Shown in pieces: positions 59,338 through 64,000 of a DNA stretch of 64,000 bases. The stretch covers positions 1,665 through 65,664 of the forward strand of contig NIVC01002911.1 in NCBI GenBank assembly GCA_002269645.1, written 5' to 3'. Position 1 is the first letter of the stretch, and each line of letters begins with the position of its first letter. Position numbers and translations under genes: made by a program. This DNA comes from Macrostomum lignano. Its lineage: Eukaryota. Below the pieces are notes generated by a model. That model was not told the DNA's origin, did not search any database, and saw only the letters and a list, made by a program, of their open reading frames with translations.

Positions 59338-59600
59338 GGAGTAGGAGATTAAGAAGAAAAATGGAGTGGAACGGAGTGGAACGGAGTGGAACGGAGTGGA
59401 ACGGAGTGGAGAACAGGGAGAGATAAAGAGTGGGTAAAGAGGGAGGGGGGAAGGAGGGAGAAAGGGAGAGGAGGGAAGGGAAGAGTGAAGGAGGGTTAGG
59501 GTTAGAGAATGAAAGGAAACTCGTAGTAGAGGGAGCGGAAGTGAAACAGTGTCGAGAGTGACAGGGAGATAGGATGAGGGACAGGGATAAGAAGATAAAG
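59295..59600. repeat. (GA)n microsatellite, (GGAACGGAGT)n and GA-rich low complexity
   Basis: Seen directly. Confidence 0.85.
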
Positions 59601-60164
59601 AGTGAGAGGGACTGCAGTCTCAGCAAAGATTCTATGTACTTTAAAGTACTTTGAAGACTCGTCATTCACTTCAGGCCTGCAAGGAGGTTGCAAAAATGCT
59701 GAAAAATTTTGTTCTACTACGTAAAATGAACTGCGAAAACTTGAATTGTACAATGAGAAACTATGATTATTATATTATGTGTGTTAATACTTTACTAATT
59801 AGATAAAAATGCAAACATTTAATCCATTATATTGTTGTACTTTGTCTAATTAATCTCTTCTGCGTTAGAAACAAATTTATAAGCTTGTGTGTTTTTTTAT
59901 TATATTTATGTCTAATTTTGTGTTTTTTCTCTATTTACTCGATTTTTGGCATGCCATTAATTGCTTAATCAACTGTTTATTGTTAGCTGCCTGCCTAATC
60001 TTGAGCTGGTAAGGAGCTGGCTAGTTAGCCAGTTGTTAGTTAATCATTTTAGTAAACTTATTGGTATCGATTTCTTATTTATAATGAACATTTTCCTGTG
60101 TCTGCACTTTAAGTATTGACATCTGAATTACATGTGAAATTTATTTGTGATCTAAGCATAAGAA

Positions 60165-63100
60165 GAGTATGGGTAGATATATCTAAGCATAGATAGCGAT
60201 ATCTAAGCATGGATAGAGAGATCTAAGCATCGGTAGAGATATCTAAGCATCGGTAGAGATATCTAAGTATCGGTAGAGATATCTAAGCATCGGTAGAGAT
60301 ATCTAAGCATCGGTAGAGATATCTAAGCATCGGTAGAGAGATCTAAGTATCGGTAGAGATATCTAAGCATCGATAGAGATATCTAAGCATCGGTAGAGAT
60401 ATCTAAGCATGGATAGAGAGATCTAAGCATCGGTAGAGATATCTAAGTATGGATAGAGAGATCTAAGCATCTTTAGAGATATCTAAGCATAGATAGCGAT
60501 ATCTAAGCATGGATAGAGAGATCTAAGCATCGATAGAGATATCTAAGCATAGATAGCGATATCTAAGCATGGATAGAGAGATCTAAGCATCGGTAGAGAG
60601 ATCTAAGCATCGGTAGAGAGATCTAAGCATCGGTAGAGATATATAAGCATCGGTAGAGATATCTAAGCATCGGTAAAGATATCTAAGCATCGGTAGAGAT
60701 ATCTAAGCATGGGTAGAGATATCTAAGTATCGGTAGAGATATCTAAGCATCGGTAGAGATATCTAAGCACAGATAGCGATATCTAAGCATGGATAGAGAG
60801 ATCTAAGCATCGGTAGAGAGATCTAAGCATCGATAGAGATATCTAAGCATAGATAGAGATATCTAAGCATAGATAGCGATATCTAAGCATGGATAGAGAG
60901 ATCTAAGCATCGGTAGAGATATCTAAGCATAGATAGAGATATCTAAGCATAGATAGAGATATCTAAGCATAGATAGCGATATCTAAGCATGGATAGAGAG
61001 ATCTAAGCATCGGTAGAGATATCTAAGCATCGGTAGAGATATCTAAGTATCGGTAGAGATATCTAAGCATCGGTAGAGATATCTAAGCATCGATAGAGAT
61101 ATCTAAGCATCGGTAGAGAGATCTAAGTATCGGAAGAGATATCTAAGCATCAATAGAGATATCTAAGCATCGGTAGAGATATCTAAGCATGGATAGAGAG
61201 ATCTAAGCATCGGTAGAGATATCTAAGTATGGATAGAGAGATCTAAGCATCTTTAGAGATATCTAAGCATAGATAGCGATATCTAAGCATGGATAGAGAG
61301 ATCTAAGCATCGATAGAGATATCTAAGCATAGATAGCGATATCTAAGCATGGATAGAGAGATCTAAGCATCGGTAGAGATATCTAAGCATGGATAGAGAG
61401 ATCTAAGCATCGGTAGAGATATCTAAGCATAGATAGCGATATCTAAGCATCGGTAGAGAGATCTAAGCATCGGTAGAGATATCTAAGCATCGATAGAGAT
61501 ATCTAAGCATAGATAGAGATATCTAAGCATCGATAGAGAGATCTAAGCATCGGTAGAGATATCTAAGCATAGATAGCGATATCTAAGCATCGGTAGAGAG
61601 ATCTAAGCATCGGTAGAGATATCTAAGCATCGATAGAGATATCTAAGCATAGATAGAGATATCTAAGCATCGATAGAGAGATCTAAGCATCGGTAGAGAT
61701 ATCTAAGCATCGTAGAGAGATCTAAGTATCGGTAGAGATATCTAAGCATCGGTAGAGATATCCAAGCATGGATAGAGAGATCTAAGCATCGGTAGGGATA
61801 TCTAAGCATAGATAGAGATATCTAAGCATAGATAGAGATATCTAAGCATAGATAGCGATATCTAAGCATCGGTAGAGAGATCTAAGCATCGGTAGAGATA
61901 TCTAAGCATCGATAGAGATATCTAAGCATAGATAGAGATATCTAAGCATCGATATAGAGATCTAAGCATCGGTAGAGATATCTAAGCATCGGTAGAGAGA
62001 TCTAAGTATCGTAGAGATATCTAAGCATCGATAGAGATATCTAAGCATAGATAGAGATATCTAAGCATCGATAGAGAGATCTAAGCATCGGTAGAGATAT
62101 CTAAGCATCGGTAGAGAGATCTAAGTATCGGTAGAGATATCTAAGCATGGATAGAGAGATCTAAGCATCGATAGAGATATCTAAGCATCGGTAGAGAGAT
62201 CTAAGTATCGGAAGAGATATCTAAGCATCAATAGAGATATCTAAGCATCGGTAGAGATATCTAAGCATGGATAGAGAGATCTAAGCATCGGTAGAGATAT
62301 CTAAGTATGGATAGAGAGATCTAAGCATCTTTAGAGATATCTAAGCATAGATAGCGATATCTAAGCATGGATAGAGAGATCTAAGCATCGATAGAGATAT
62401 CTAAGCATAGATAGCGATATCTAAGCATGGATAGAGAGATCTAAGCATCGGTAGAGATATCTAAGCATGGATAGAGAGATCTAAGCATCGGTAGAGATAT
62501 CTAAGCATAGATAGCGATATCTAAGCATCGGTAGAGAGATCTAAGCATCGGTAGAGATATCTAAGCATCGATAGAGATATCTAAGCATAGATAGAGATAT
62601 CTAAGCATCGATAGAGAGATCTAAGCATCGGTAGAGATATCTAAGCATAGATAGCGATATCTAAGCATCGGTAGAGAGATCTAAGCATCGTAGAGATATC
62701 TAAGCATCGATAGAGATATCTAAGCATAGATAGAGATATCTAAGCATCGATAGAGAGATCTAAGCATCGGTAGAGATATCTAAGCATCGGTAGAGAGATC
62801 TAAGTATCGGTAGAGATATCTAAGCATCGGTAGAGATATCCAAGCATGGATAGAGAGATCTAAGCATCGGTAGGGATATCTAAGCATAGATAGAGATATC
62901 TAAGCATAGATAGAGATATCTAAGCATAGATAGCGATATCTAAGCATCGGTAGAGAGATCTAAGCATCGGTAGAGATATCTAAGCATCGATAGAGATATC
63001 TAAGCATAGATAGAGATATCTAAGCATCGATAGAGAGATCTAAGCATCGGTAGAGATATCTAAGCATCGGTAGAGAGATCTAAGTATCGGTAGAGATATC

Positions 63101-64000
63101 TAAGCATCGGTAGAGATATCCAAGCATGGATAGAGAGATCTAAGCATCGGTAGGGATATCTAAGCATAGATAGAGATATCTAAGCATAGATAGAGATATC
63201 TAAGCATAGATAGCGATATCTAAGCATGGATAGAGAGATCTAAGCATCGGTAGAGATATCTAAGCATAGATAGCGATATCTAAGCATGGATAGAGAGATC
63301 TAAGCATCGATAGAGATATCTAAGCATAGATAGCGATATCTAAGCATGGATAGAGAGATCTAAGCATCGGTAGAGATATCTAAGCATCGATAGAGATATC
63401 TAAGCATAGATAGAGATATCTAAGCATCGATAGAGAGATCTAAGCATCGGTAGAGATATCTAAGCATAGATAGAGATATCTAAGCATAGATAGAGATGTC
63501 TAAGCATAGATAGAGATATCTAAGCATAGATAGAGATATCTAAGCATAGATAGCGATATCTAAGCATGGATAGAGAGATCTAAGCATCGGTAGAGATATC
63601 TAAGCATCGGTAGAGATATCTAAGCATCGATAGAGATATCTAAGCATAGATAGCGATATCTAAGCATCGATAGAGAGATCTAAGCATCGGTAGAGAGATC
63701 TAAGCATAGATAGAGATATCTAAGCATAGATAGAGATGTCTAAGCATAGATAGAGATATCTAAGCATAGATAGAGATATCTAAGCATAGATAGAGATATC
63801 TAAGCATAGATAGCGATATCTAAGCATGGATAGAGAGATCTAAGCATCGGTAGAGATATCTAAGCATCGGTAGAGATATCTAAGCATCGATAGAGATATC
63901 TAAGCATAGATAGAGATTTTTAAGCATCGATAGAGAGATCTAAGCATCGGTAGAGAGATCTAAGCATAGATAGAGATATTCTAAGCATAGATAGAGATAT
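60165..64000. repeat. 20-bp satellite (ATCTAAGCATCGGTAGAGAT), ~190 copies, runs off the window
   Basis: Direct tandem repeat with recurring variant units. Confidence 0.98.

Noticed and set aside
6965-64000. Tandem arrays as possible CRISPR arrays
   Set aside because: Eukaryotic context, no unique spacers between repeats, and no cas genes.

Overview
Eukaryotic (metazoan) genomic DNA with spliceosomal introns and very dense minisatellites. The style suggests a free-living flatworm such as Macrostomum, but that is an inference. Host genes: a disrupted MACPF-like/Cys-rich repeat gene (1-4320, +), a single-exon peptide-type GPCR (+), symplekin (6 exons, -), COG6 (9 exons, +) and an intronless MOB4/phocein (+). 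Mobile DNA: two full-length DD34D mariners (one in a coding exon, one intact in a COG6 intron), a mariner relic, several MITE/foldback elements and a probable non-autonomous Helitron. The most notable structure is a nested pair of RNase H-bearing Ingi/I-group-like LINEs (15803-23732, -). The outer, full-length element begins with a CPEB3/HDV-type ribozyme fold, followed by a hydrophobic leader ending in a 2A 'DVETNPGP' motif, then PHD, APE, RT, RNase H and a Zn knuckle. It is split by a 5'-truncated relative flanked by a 13-bp TSD. Most long ORF-track calls outside these features are artefacts of tandem repeats or antisense frames. All exon boundaries, folds and family calls were read by eye.
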